A stretch of 64,000 nt of DNA. Origin: Planctomycetota bacterium (lineage in GTDB: Bacteria > Planctomycetota > UBA1135 > UBA2386). The notes beneath the pieces were generated by a model. It was not told the origin of the DNA and made no database searches. It saw nothing but the letters and a program-made list of their open reading frames with translations. This document shows, one piece after another, positions 28,529 through 38,148 of this stretch (position 1 is the stretch's first letter; each line of letters starts with the position of its first letter). Location: the NCBI GenBank assembly GCA_965223545.1, contig OZ245006.1, positions 7,808,001 to 7,872,000 on the forward strand. The letters run 5' to 3'. The position numbers and the translations under genes were made by a program.

Positions 28529-31215
28529 TGGCGTCGGGTCTACTTGGAGCTGCTGGCGCGGCGATCAACCCTCTTGTGGGCGCTTTCGGTGCTGTGCTCG
28601 GGGCGATCATCGATCAAGAGGTCGGGATCTTTGGTGAGTCAGAGCGCATCCAGTTCGAGTCGTTCGCGCCGAGTCTGGCCGATGAGGGCACCGCCGAAAC
28701 GGTCGCGATTGGCTCGAGGAATCGCGTCGTAGGGCACTACGTCTACATCAGCGATGCCTACGGCAACGGTGGCGGCAAGGGCGGAGGAGGCGGCAGTGGA
28801 TACTTCGTTGATGCTGTCGTGGCTCTTGCTGCGAATGAGCAGCAGACGATCACTCGTCTGATGTTCGATTCGTCGACGGCCTACAGCACATACCCATTCT
28901 CCTCCGCGTTCTCTGGTCAAGACTTCACGATCAACTGGGACGCGCCCCAAGGTTGGGGCTTCGGCATCTTCAGCCAAGAGTGGTACCTCGCTCGATGGCA
29001 TGTGGAGTTCAAGTCGACGAGCCTAAGTAGCGCTGTCCAGGCGTTTGGAAACCTGCAGCCTGGGGCTCCCGTGGTTGTAACGGACGACTTGGGCAACAAT
29101 GGCGTTCCTACCGCCGCTGGCGAGACGTCGAGCTTGCACCCGAACGGGCTTTCGTTGGCCGTCGTCAAGTCGTACTTCGACTCCAACGGGTTTGGGACAC
29201 TGGTCCTGGACCTGCGCCCATGGTTCGTGGCGATGCGCAGTACCGGGACGATCGCATCCTGGGCATCCGGAGTCATTAGTCCAACAAGGCCCACTGTCTC
29301 ACCGAGCAATTATCCGTGGCAGGGCAACCAGGCCAACGGAGCCTGGACGTTTCAGGCGGGGGACACCTTCTGGCAGGCGTTCTCAGTCGACGCTCAGAAC
29401 GTCGAGTTCTTCCTGGGCAAGAATGAGCCTCAGGTTTCGACCAAGTGGCAACTACGAAACCTTGGTTCCGACCCCGCACCAGCCCTTCCAGGGATGTGCT
29501 ACGTGTTCTTGCCCCGGCTCGATATCGGCCCGTTCGGTCTGCGGCCGCCGAACATCCATGCCTTCGTGAACGAAGCGTACGACGAGAGTCAGGGTCCAGG
29601 GCAAGAGACAACTATCGGTGGGGCGATCGTCAAGATCACGGGTCTAGCCGGGATCCCGTCTTCCAACGTCGATGTCTCAGAGTTGCCGCCGGACCCGATC
29701 TACGGACTCCAGTGGCAGTCGACTGACGACCTTAAGAAGCCGCTCTCGGATCTGATGGTGATGCACGACGTGGCGGCCAGTGATCGAGGCGGCGTGCTAC
29801 GTTTTCATAGCCGATTCAGCAGGTCTCGTGTCGATCTCGATCCCGATCTGCTCGATGCCCGGCCTTTTGGGGATTCACCGGCCTCGCAGATGGTCGGCAT
29901 TTCAAATGGAAGCCTGGCTCACCTCCCGAGACGGGTCAACCTTCGCTACTACGACGTAGACCGCGACAACCAGTACGGTCTCCAGCACGGGTCACGAGAT
30001 GGTCTTGGGAAGGTGGGGGTCGACACCGAGCGGCGACTGATGCAGACGGGATTGGCTCTGGACTCCCAGTTCGCGAGCCGGGCCGCCCGCCGCATCGAGA
30101 ACGACCTCCACGAGAAGCGGCAGCGCTACCGCTTGATGCTGCCGACCTACTTCCTCAACCTCGAGGAGACCGACCTCTTCGAGTCGATCAAGCAGTACCA
30201 GGGCCGAGACTGGAAGCTCGAGATCGACGTCGTGCACATCCGCAACGACGGCTTGATCGAGGCCGAGTGCATCGCCCTCCGCGAGGATCCAGTCGTGCAG
30301 GCGGGGTCCAGCGGCCTCCGCACCGCGAGTCCCACGGCCGGCCAGCTCGAGTGGTCGCCGCTGGTCACCATCGAAGCGTTCGAGCTGAGCGGCTTCCGCG
30401 AGTACGAGGACGGCCGGTCCGGTGTCTACGTGGCTACGTCGCAGACGGCCGGCGACTGGCCTGCGTCGGAGATCTACCTGGTCGAAGATGGCGACGTTGG
30501 CAACGCGACCCCCGTTGGCACAGCCAAGCCCGGAACGATCGGATACTTGGTCGGCGGGACCCTCCTCAGCGGCGACGCGGTGCCGGGCGGCCTCGAGCTC
30601 GGGGCCAGCATTCGGGTGCAGCTCTACGCGGACGGTGAGCTGTCGTCACAGACCACCGACGCTGCCCTCGCGGGCAAGCAGATGGCGTTGGTCGGCCGAG
30701 AAGCGATCTCATGGACCAACGCCACGCTGCAAGAGGACGGCACCTACATCCTCACCGGCATCGTCCGCGGCATGTTGCGTTCAGCCGACGCGATCCCCAC
30801 GCACTACGTCGGCGAGCGCTTCGTGTTGCTCGATGAGCACGTCGTGTTTGTGCCAATCTCTGGCCACGACATTGGCGACTCTTTGACATTTGCTGCCGCG
30901 CCAAGCGACACGCAGTTGCCGCTCGCTCCACAGGCCATTGTTTCGCTCGAGGGCCTGCACGGAGGCACGTCAGGCTACGTGACGCTGACTGGCGAAGACT
31001 CTGGCAGCGCGGTAACGTCCGTGGACCTACACGACGGAAGCGAGCTGGGAGGCGTGTTTGCCAAGCCCGCGGTTGCGACCGGCGTGAGCGTGACATTCAA
31101 ACATTCGTCCGTCGATCCAGGTGCATTGGGCACCTGGACGGCTCGCTTGAAGAAGTGGAACCCAGAGACTGGAGCTTTCGAGGAGATGGCAAGCCTGGAG
31201 GTGAATACCTCCTGA
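28528..31215 (+). CDS. Tail tip/host-specificity protein (RcGTA gp15-like)
   Basis: FG.RPPN, LP.RV.LRY.D.DR..Q, LVG.E.I....A.L..DGTY.L.G..RG, H..GERFVLL. Confidence 0.85.
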   Translation: MASGLLGAAGAAINPLVGAFGAVLGAIIDQEVGIFGESERIQFESFAPSLADEGTAETVAIGSRNRVVGHYVYISDAYGNGGGKGGGGGSGYFVDAVVALAANEQQTITRLMFDSSTAYSTYPFSSAFSGQDFTINWDAPQGWGFGIFSQEWYLARWHVEFKSTSLSSAVQAFGNLQPGAPVVVTDDLGNNGVPTAAGETSSLHPNGLSLAVVKSYFDSNGFGTLVLDLRPWFVAMRSTGTIASWASGVISPTRPTVSPSNYPWQGNQANGAWTFQAGDTFWQAFSVDAQNVEFFLGKNEPQVSTKWQLRNLGSDPAPALPGMCYVFLPRLDIGPFGLRPPNIHAFVNEAYDESQGPGQETTIGGAIVKITGLAGIPSSNVDVSELPPDPIYGLQWQSTDDLKKPLSDLMVMHDVAASDRGGVLRFHSRFSRSRVDLDPDLLDARPFGDSPASQMVGISNGSLAHLPRRVNLRYYDVDRDNQYGLQHGSRDGLGKVGVDTERRLMQTGLALDSQFASRAARRIENDLHEKRQRYRLMLPTYFLNLEETDLFESIKQYQGRDWKLEIDVVHIRNDGLIEAECIALREDPVVQAGSSGLRTASPTAGQLEWSPLVTIEAFELSGFREYEDGRSGVYVATSQTAGDWPASEIYLVEDGDVGNATPVGTAKPGTIGYLVGGTLLSGDAVPGGLELGASIRVQLYADGELSSQTTDAALAGKQMALVGREAISWTNATLQEDGTYILTGIVRGMLRSADAIPTHYVGERFVLLDEHVVFVPISGHDIGDSLTFAAAPSDTQLPLAPQAIVSLEGLHGGTSGYVTLTGEDSGSAVTSVDLHDGSELGGVFAKPAVATGVSVTFKHSSVDPGALGTWTARLKKWNPETGAFEEMASLEVNTS

Positions 31216-31225
31216 GTGCGAGTCA

Positions 31226-31681
31226 ATGGCATGGTACCAGGAAGGGAAGCTCGTCATCTTCGACGCTTCCGCGGACACGGATCCTCCCGTCAGTCTTCTG
31301 AGCGACACGATCAAGGTCGCCTTGATGAAGACGACCTACACGCCGTCGGCAACGACGGACGACCACTTCAACGACATCGCGGCCAGCGAGATCGTTGCAA
31401 CCGGCTACACGTCACGCGGGTTCGCGCTGGCGTCGAAGACGCTCGTGCGCGACGACGGCAATACCCGTGTCGAGTTCGATGCTGCCGATTCGGTCTTCAC
31501 AATCGGCAACGGCACGAATGACACCTTCGACAAGGTCGTCTACCTGCGAGAGACGCCGACCACAGCCTCCACGGACGCCAACTCGGTCCTTCTCGGCTGG
31601 GCAACGGTCGCTTCGACGACCACGAACGGCACGCAGATCACTCTCCAGTATGATGCTGAAGGCATCATGCGCGTCGCCTGA
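31226..31681 (+). CDS. Virion structural protein, putative fibre subunit
   Basis: TIKVAL...YTP..D.....EI...GY...G..L, FDAAD; beta-rich 151 aa. Confidence 0.65.
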   Translation: MAWYQEGKLVIFDASADTDPPVSLLSDTIKVALMKTTYTPSATTDDHFNDIAASEIVATGYTSRGFALASKTLVRDDGNTRVEFDAADSVFTIGNGTNDTFDKVVYLRETPTTASTDANSVLLGWATVASTTTNGTQITLQYDAEGIMRVA

Positions 31682-31698
31682 ATCGGGGAGGAGAGGAG

Positions 31699-32019
31699 AT
31701 GGCGCAACCGAAGATCAACGACGCCTGCATGATCGACTGGCAGTTTCGTTACGACGAGCCGACGAAGCTGTGGGTCATCTGGCGGCGTGACAACACGGGC
31801 GGGGTGATCCAGGCCATGCACCTGGAGACGGATTGCCCCGTCCAATACCAAGGGCTGATGCACTACTGTCGCGCCGAGCTTCTGGTCGAGGGCGCGACGA
31901 ACAAGGGGTCGTCGGTGACATGCAGTCGGGCGAAGTTGCGTACCTTGGTGCTGCAGGAGCAGGTCGTGCACGTGCCGAAGATCGAGCTGACCGGCACTGT
32001 GATGCAGCCCGGGGGGTGA
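31699..32019 (+). CDS. Hypothetical protein
   Basis: Strong RBS GGAGAGGAG. Confidence 0.6.
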   Translation: MAQPKINDACMIDWQFRYDEPTKLWVIWRRDNTGGVIQAMHLETDCPVQYQGLMHYCRAELLVEGATNKGSSVTCSRAKLRTLVLQEQVVHVPKIELTGTVMQPGG

Positions 32020-32300
32020 GCTGGCTGGCGTGGGAGTGGCGGCACGGCAGGATCATCCGACGTACATCCACTCGTGACCGTTGGGCGGACCTTGGGCAGG
32101 TTGTGGCCGTGCGAGCGTTTCGCGTCGATGGGCGCTCGGACGTCTACTACGGTCACGACTACATCTGGCCCGATGGCGACGGGTTCGCGCAGGGTGAGAC
32201 CCCGCCTGTAGGCGTAGAGTCCCGGCCCGGTCGCTTGTTGAGTGACCGGCGCTGGGAGCGTCTGCGTGCGCGCGTGCATGCGGCGGAGGCCCCGGCGTGA
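32016..32300 (+). CDS. Hypothetical protein
   Basis: Coupled at both ends. Confidence 0.55.
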   Translation: MSWLAWEWRHGRIIRRTSTRDRWADLGQVVAVRAFRVDGRSDVYYGHDYIWPDGDGFAQGETPPVGVESRPGRLLSDRRWERLRARVHAAEAPA

Positions 32301-35300
32301 CCGTCGAGTACCGGCAAACGGACACGGCCGCGACCCACGGGTCTGCGGCCTATTGCTCCGGACTGTCCGCGGCCCAGACTGAGGTCAACAAGGCAGCCTC
32401 GGTCGGCGGTGCCGCAGGTACCGCCACGCTCACGGCTCAAACGAACAGCGAGGGCACTCGCTACGCGGTCATTTGGGAGACCGATGCGGTTGGGGATGTC
32501 GGCGCCTGGCCCGCGTCCACGGCGACGGTCCGACTCAACATCACCACCGGCAACTCGAATGTCTCCGTCACAGAGGTCTACCTGTGCCGCGTCAATTCCT
32601 CGGGAACCTCGCAGGGGACATGGGGCAGCAGCACGGGTCTGACTACCTCGTGCACGTCGGGCGTCAAGAGCTGGAGCGTCACGACGAGCGAGATGACAGC
32701 GGGGCAAGGTGTCTCGTCGACCGACCGTCTGGTCGTCGTGATCGGCATCGCCCGCACGGGGGGGCATGGCGGTCAGTCGTTCGATTGGCAGTCGGATCAG
32801 CTCATCACGACGCCCTTCACAGCGGCGACGGTTCTGACGCCATCGGCGCAGGAGGCGACGAGCTCGACGGTTGCCCCCACGCTCTCGCGCGTCGTCACCG
32901 TTCCTACGCAGGAAGCGACGACATCAGCCCCGAACCCGACAGCTACAACCAACACAACGGTTGTGGTCTCCGCGATAGAGGCGACGACTAGCACGCCATC
33001 GCCTGTCGCCGGAACCTTCACGCCCGCGCAAGGCGTGTGGCGCTGGTACTCGGATGCAACGCCGGATGGCAGCATGACGGCGCTGGCGGCGGAGAACATG
33101 GCGCCGACGTTGACGGCTGCGCAACTTGAGAACGGAACGCTGCGGTTACGCGTCCGACTCATCGAGCAGGGCGGAATATCGGGGTCGGATGTGGCGGCAG
33201 CCCTGCAGTATTCGCATGACGACGTCGAGTGGTCTCAGCTAGGGGACCAGGGCGACGCAGATGCGTACTGGTTCCGATACGAGGATGGCGCAGCAGTCGC
33301 CGGAGCAACTGTCGGCTCGACCCTGCTCTCGGGAGCATCGACAAAGGGTAAGTACCACGAAACGGCAGTAGGGACCGAGAGTCTCTCGGCCAACGGCGAT
33401 CTAGAGGTCGATTTTGCGATTCGCGCACGGTGGCCGTGCGAAGGATCGGTCTCGTTCCGTATGGTGCTTGGTGGCACGTCCGTGCCGCTTGACACAGGAG
33501 CGTCCTACCCAGGTGTAGTGATCCCTGGTACGCCGACTCGACGCCACTCGATCACTTCACTAGGCTTCACCGATGTCTCGACGGCAAACGTCGAGCTTCG
33601 ACAATCTCCGGTCAACCACGGCTTCTACCATGCAGACCGGTTCTGGGTCTTCCACGCGGTTGCGACCGGGCTAGACCCCTTGATTCGCTACCGCCACTGG
33701 TCCGGCCCAGGATCTGAGTGGTCGTCCGAAGCCTCATTTTCAAGCGGCGACACATCTACGAATCAGGGCAAGATCCGAGTGGCGCTCTGGGGCGCGACGG
33801 ATCGGGTGTACGTCCTCAACGGGAACAACAACGGGAGCAGCGATCGTTACCTGAACCGTGGCACGATCAGTGGCGGCACGATCACGTGGGATGGGAACAC
33901 GACCGTCAACGCGGAATGGGCCAACGACGGGAATGGGCTGAGCCTCGACGATGGGGGACACATTTGGGTTGGCGGCGTGCGAGGGACGGCCGGTGATCAG
34001 CTGTGGGCTCGGCGCTCAACAAACGCGGACAGCCTCTCCGCGTTTGAATCCACGCACACCGTTGCGACACCGAACACTGTAACCGTCCATCGCGGTGCGG
34101 CGTGCATCGGCCTGGCCTCAGGGAAGGCAATTGTCATCTATCACGATGACGTGGATTCAAAGATCAAGTCCGCCACCGTTTCCAACGACGGATTTGGGAC
34201 TGTCACCACAGCGATCGCCAGCACTGCCGCACACGACATGGACTGGGGGGTGGCGCGTGGTGGCGGACACGTGTTCCTTGTGCACACGGACTCGGCATCT
34301 AACGGCGGAGATCTGAAGCTCAGGGTATTCGACGAATCAAGCGAGACCTGGTCAACTGCGACGACCCCTCCAACCGGTACAGCGAATCGACCTATAGGGA
34401 CGGACGATCAGGTCGCATTACAAGTTTGCGGCGACGATCTGCTGGTCTACTTCGTGGTACGCGATCCTCTTGGGGGAGACGATCGCGTTGTCAAGATGCT
34501 GCGGTACACGGGGCTCGGGCCGTCGGGTACATGGGATGCAGCCGTCACGATCTCTGAAGGAGATCGGGGGAGAATCGATCGGATCTCGTCGATCTACGGG
34601 GTAGACGCGCCTGCCGCGCTCTGCTTTGCCCAGTTCGGCTACGACGGCAGTGCTACCGGCATTCGGAAGTCGCCCATCCAGCTGGAGTATTACACACTGG
34701 CTCGCCCTGAGGTCGGCGCGCAGGAGGTCACCACGACCGTTCTGAGCCCGACGGTCATCACGAGCAGCAACCTCAGTCCTGCACCCCAAGAAGCCACGAC
34801 ATCGACGGGGTCGGTTGGCTTAGCTCGCGACATTGACGTTGGCGCGCAGTCGGTCACGACCGACACGCCGGCGCCGAGCCTTGACCGTGCACTGCCGACC
34901 GGACCGCAGGAGGCGTCGACCTCGACCACTGCGGTTGGCCTCTCGCGAGTCATCCAAGTCGGGGCGATCACTGCGACGACGGATACCGTTGCCGTCGGTC
35001 TTGACCGCCACCTGACGGTTGGCGCGCAGGAGGTGACGACGTCCGAGGCCGCGGTTGCGCTGCAGCGCACGGTCGCGGTCGGGAGTCAGGAGGCGACGAC
35101 CTCGAGCCCGGCAGTGGGCGAAGACCGCGCGCTGCCTGTTTCAGGCGAGGAGGCAACCGCGTCGACCGGTGCGGTGACGGTGCTCGAGGCTTCGAACCTG
35201 ACGCCGGCAGCCCAAGAGGTGACCACTGACACGCCTACAGTCGGGCTCGCCAGGACCATATCGGTCCCGTCGCTGGAGGTGGCGACCGACGCCCCCGCGG

Positions 35301-36682
35301 TTGGACAAGACCGGGCTTTGTCGGTTGCGCCGCAGTCCGCGGCAACCGACACGACTGCCGTTGGGGAGGACCGAGCGGTCGCGGCCACGGCCCAGGAGGC
35401 GACGACCTCGACCGGATCGGTCACGGTGGTGGGGTCCTCGGCGCTTGCTCCGGCGGCGCAAGAGGCGGTCACCGACACGCCGGCCGTTGGCCTGAACCGG
35501 ACACTGACCGTCCCGGCGCAAGAGGCGTCCGCAACGACGGCAGACCCGGGCCTGAGTCGCTCTCTCGTCGTGGGGGCTCAGGAGGCCACGGCAGACACTA
35601 CGGCTGTTGACGAGCTGCGCACGATCGCGGTGCCTGCCCAGACCGCGACCACAGACACGCCGGCGGTCGGAGAGGACCGAACCCTCGCAGTGAGTGCTGA
35701 GACGGCAACGGCCTCGACCGGCGCCGTCACCCCAACCACTGAGACCATAGTCTCGGTGCCGGCGGTAGAGGCCACGACGTCGACCGTCGACCCGGCGCCG
35801 CAGAGGCTCCTGACTCCAGCGGCTCAGGAGGCAGTGGCAAGCACGGTCGACCCGACCTTGGCCCGCACGCTCCAAGTGCCGCCCGAGTCGGTGACGACTG
35901 ATGCGCCGGCCGCAGAGCCCCAGCGGACCCTGCCGGTGTCGGCCGAGGAGGCCACCGCGACCACTGGCTCGGTCTTGGTGCAGGGAAGCGCCGCGGTCTC
36001 GGTGCCGGCGCAGGAGGCGACCACCGATGCGCTGGCTCCTACGGTCCAGCGCACGGTCACGGTTCCGGCGCAGGAGGCGACAACCTCGGCGCCGGCCGTG
36101 GGGCAGAGTCGGATCGTGGCCGTCGGAGTCATCACGGTCACAACGTCGACAACGACTGTGGTCACCGGTACCGCCGAAACCAAAGGCGTCCTAGCGCAGG
36201 AAGCGGTCACGGACACGCCAGCGCCCGGGATCAACCGCACGATCGCGGTCGGGCCCATCGACCTGGTCACCGAGGCGCCCAACATGGGGCCGTTCGCGCT
36301 CGGAGTCGACGGGCTGCTGCTCAGCACTCTGGTGCTCGAGCCGACCGTCACGCGGACGATCTCGGTGTCGGCGCAGGAGGCGACCACCGATGCTCCTGCG
36401 GTCGCGGATGTCTTCCCCTCCATCACGCCCCCGGCGCCCGAGGCCACAACCTCCACGGCCGCCCCGGTCGTTACGCGTCAGATCCCCGTTGCTTGCATCG
36501 AGGCCACGACCGAGGTGGCTGCCCCGTCGGGTATTGGCGCGATCACGACTCGCACGGTCACGACTACCGGCGAGTGGAGCAAGCCAGTAGTCTTTGCCCC
36601 CGGAGATCGCTGGATGGTCCAAGTCGATGGGCCCGCAACCGATGACGTGAGCGTCTCGGTCGGGCTTCACTTCGGAGACTGA
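32297..36682 (+). CDS. Giant fibre/adhesin protein: globular beta domains plus ~30 ~20-aa repeats
   Basis: T/S/V/A-rich repeats QEATT[SD]..VG..R.L.V.A; W/G/D-rich propeller-like middle region. Confidence 0.8.
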   Translation: MTVEYRQTDTAATHGSAAYCSGLSAAQTEVNKAASVGGAAGTATLTAQTNSEGTRYAVIWETDAVGDVGAWPASTATVRLNITTGNSNVSVTEVYLCRVNSSGTSQGTWGSSTGLTTSCTSGVKSWSVTTSEMTAGQGVSSTDRLVVVIGIARTGGHGGQSFDWQSDQLITTPFTAATVLTPSAQEATSSTVAPTLSRVVTVPTQEATTSAPNPTATTNTTVVVSAIEATTSTPSPVAGTFTPAQGVWRWYSDATPDGSMTALAAENMAPTLTAAQLENGTLRLRVRLIEQGGISGSDVAAALQYSHDDVEWSQLGDQGDADAYWFRYEDGAAVAGATVGSTLLSGASTKGKYHETAVGTESLSANGDLEVDFAIRARWPCEGSVSFRMVLGGTSVPLDTGASYPGVVIPGTPTRRHSITSLGFTDVSTANVELRQSPVNHGFYHADRFWVFHAVATGLDPLIRYRHWSGPGSEWSSEASFSSGDTSTNQGKIRVALWGATDRVYVLNGNNNGSSDRYLNRGTISGGTITWDGNTTVNAEWANDGNGLSLDDGGHIWVGGVRGTAGDQLWARRSTNADSLSAFESTHTVATPNTVTVHRGAACIGLASGKAIVIYHDDVDSKIKSATVSNDGFGTVTTAIASTAAHDMDWGVARGGGHVFLVHTDSASNGGDLKLRVFDESSETWSTATTPPTGTANRPIGTDDQVALQVCGDDLLVYFVVRDPLGGDDRVVKMLRYTGLGPSGTWDAAVTISEGDRGRIDRISSIYGVDAPAALCFAQFGYDGSATGIRKSPIQLEYYTLARPEVGAQEVTTTVLSPTVITSSNLSPAPQEATTSTGSVGLARDIDVGAQSVTTDTPAPSLDRALPTGPQEASTSTTAVGLSRVIQVGAITATTDTVAVGLDRHLTVGAQEVTTSEAAVALQRTVAVGSQEATTSSPAVGEDRALPVSGEEATASTGAVTVLEASNLTPAAQEVTTDTPTVGLARTISVPSLEVATDAPAVGQDRALSVAPQSAATDTTAVGEDRAVAATAQEATTSTGSVTVVGSSALAPAAQEAVTDTPAVGLNRTLTVPAQEASATTADPGLSRSLVVGAQEATADTTAVDELRTIAVPAQTATTDTPAVGEDRTLAVSAETATASTGAVTPTTETIVSVPAVEATTSTVDPAPQRLLTPAAQEAVASTVDPTLARTLQVPPESVTTDAPAAEPQRTLPVSAEEATATTGSVLVQGSAAVSVPAQEATTDALAPTVQRTVTVPAQEATTSAPAVGQSRIVAVGVITVTTSTTTVVTGTAETKGVLAQEAVTDTPAPGINRTIAVGPIDLVTEAPNMGPFALGVDGLLLSTLVLEPTVTRTISVSAQEATTDAPAVADVFPSITPPAPEATTSTAAPVVTRQIPVACIEATTEVAAPSGIGAITTRTVTTTGEWSKPVVFAPGDRWMVQVDGPATDDVSVSVGLHFGD

Positions 36683-36686
36683 GACC

Positions 36687-36968
36687 ATGAGACGAGGAGT
36701 GCGGACCAGCGAATTCTGGCTGGCGCTGTTTGTGGCGGTCGCCTCCGCGATCCCTGCCGCATGGGCTACCTCGCCCTGGGCGCAGGCGGCCGGTGCGATC
36801 GCTGCGGCGCTTGCGTCCATGGGCTACGGGATGGCGCGGGCCGAGGTGAAGAAGGCGGAGCAGAAGGCGACCCTCGGGGCGCCGGCCGCTCCGTTCACTT
36901 TCACGACTAGTTCAGGTGGTCATGGCCCCTGGCGCCCGGGGCCGGGCTCCACAGGAGGAGTGTCGTGA
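36687..36968 (+). CDS. Holin-like two-TM protein
   Basis: G..TSEFW motif and 2 TM segments; follows the tail genes. Confidence 0.65.
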   Translation: MRRGVRTSEFWLALFVAVASAIPAAWATSPWAQAAGAIAAALASMGYGMARAEVKKAEQKATLGAPAAPFTFTTSSGGHGPWRPGPGSTGGVS

Positions 36969-37213
36969 GACGGCTCTGTGCGGCGGTTTTTTTGGCTCTT
37001 TCGCTCACCAGCTGCGCCGACCTCCGTCCCGACGCCGCCTACGTGCGGGCTGACCGAGCTCGGTTCGACGTGATCGAGCCGATCGTGCGCGCACTCGCGG
37101 ACGAGGACCCGGCCAACGATCCCGACCTTCGGTCCAGCAACGGCCTGGCCCTGTTGGCGCTCCTCGACGGCTGGCGCGTCCAGCTCGAGGCTGCAGAGAG
37201 GGCGAATCGATGA
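36965..37213 (+). CDS. Small lipoprotein (possible spanin component)
   Basis: Signal peptide with lipobox LTSC. Confidence 0.6.
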   Translation: MRRLCAAVFLALSLTSCADLRPDAAYVRADRARFDVIEPIVRALADEDPANDPDLRSSNGLALLALLDGWRVQLEAAERANR

Positions 37214-37518
37214 GTAGGGTGTCCACGTTCGTCGAATCCGTGCGCGACGACATCGACGCCAGCCTGCAACGCTTCCTGGAGGAGGACACGCCGGAGATCC
37301 GCGCCATCGCGCACCGGCTCGTCGAGATCTCAGCAGAGGTCGCCGTGGACCGGATGACGGGCATCGATACGTCGGTGGCCGAGAGAGCGATCGCGGCGAC
37401 GTACCTCGAGCTCGCGAGCGCGACGAGCACCGAGACCGCCGCGGCGGTGGTGGGCCTGGCGACTCGGATCCTCAGGGGCGCAACCGGTGTTGCCCTACGG
37501 GTGGTGGCGGGGCTGTGA
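37210..37518 (+). CDS. Hypothetical protein
   Basis: Coupled; helical. Confidence 0.55.
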   Translation: MSRVSTFVESVRDDIDASLQRFLEEDTPEIRAIAHRLVEISAEVAVDRMTGIDTSVAERAIAATYLELASATSTETAAAVVGLATRILRGATGVALRVVAGL

Positions 37519-38075
37519 GCTTTCCCGAGCACATCGAGTGGCTCATCGGAGCGCTCACAGCGTTCGTCGCCGGCTGTGCCGCGGTCCTGAAGTCGCTGAA
37601 GGGGCTCCAGACCAAGGTTGATGAGGTCGCCTACGAGACGCAGCCGAACGGTGGGGAGTCAATGCGGGATGCGATCGACGAGATCGGCAAGCGCATCGCT
37701 CACCTGGAGGCTCGATCGGCCGCATCGATGCGCGCCATGCTCGATACGACTTCGGAGCCCTGGTGGGAGAGCGACGCCGAGGGCGAGTGCCTGTTCATCA
37801 ACCGCGCAATGGAGCGGCTGACGGGAATGGGCCGGTCAGAGGCTCGCGACCACGGGTGGGTGAGCTTCTTGCACGTCGATGATCGCGACGCCGTGCGTGA
37901 CGAGTGGTACAGCGCGGCGCGCGAGGGCCGCATGTTCGACATGCGGTATCGATACGTGAATCTGGCGACAGGCGATGTCCATCACGTGCACGCCGTTGCA
38001 CAGCACTACACCGTTGACGGTGTACGGCTCGGGTACTACGGGCGCGCGGTCGTCGAGTCCACGGACGAGCGGTAG
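37515..38075 (+). CDS. TM + coiled-coil + PAS domain protein
   Basis: TM, then PNGGESMRDAIDEI; PAS motifs WESDAEG...FINRAM..LTG, GW...LH.DDR..V..EW, F...YR. Confidence 0.85.
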   Translation: MSFPEHIEWLIGALTAFVAGCAAVLKSLKGLQTKVDEVAYETQPNGGESMRDAIDEIGKRIAHLEARSAASMRAMLDTTSEPWWESDAEGECLFINRAMERLTGMGRSEARDHGWVSFLHVDDRDAVRDEWYSAAREGRMFDMRYRYVNLATGDVHHVHAVAQHYTVDGVRLGYYGRAVVESTDER

Positions 38076-38076
38076 G

Positions 38077-38112
38077 AAAATGCGGCCCCGGGTTTGAGGC
38101 GCCCGAGGCCGC
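38077..38112 (-). terminator. Intrinsic terminator of the minus-strand cargo operon (putative)
   Basis: GCGGCCTCGGG / CCCGGGGCCGC stem followed by ATTTT on the minus strand. Confidence 0.5.
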
Positions 38113-38148
38113 GGAGCTGGGGGCGGTGGACGCCCCGAATGCTGTGGG

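Noticed and set aside
3402..36682. Gene transfer agent rather than prophage
   Set aside because: The tail tip is RcGTA-like, but the integrase, repressor, att site and long TMP indicate a true prophage
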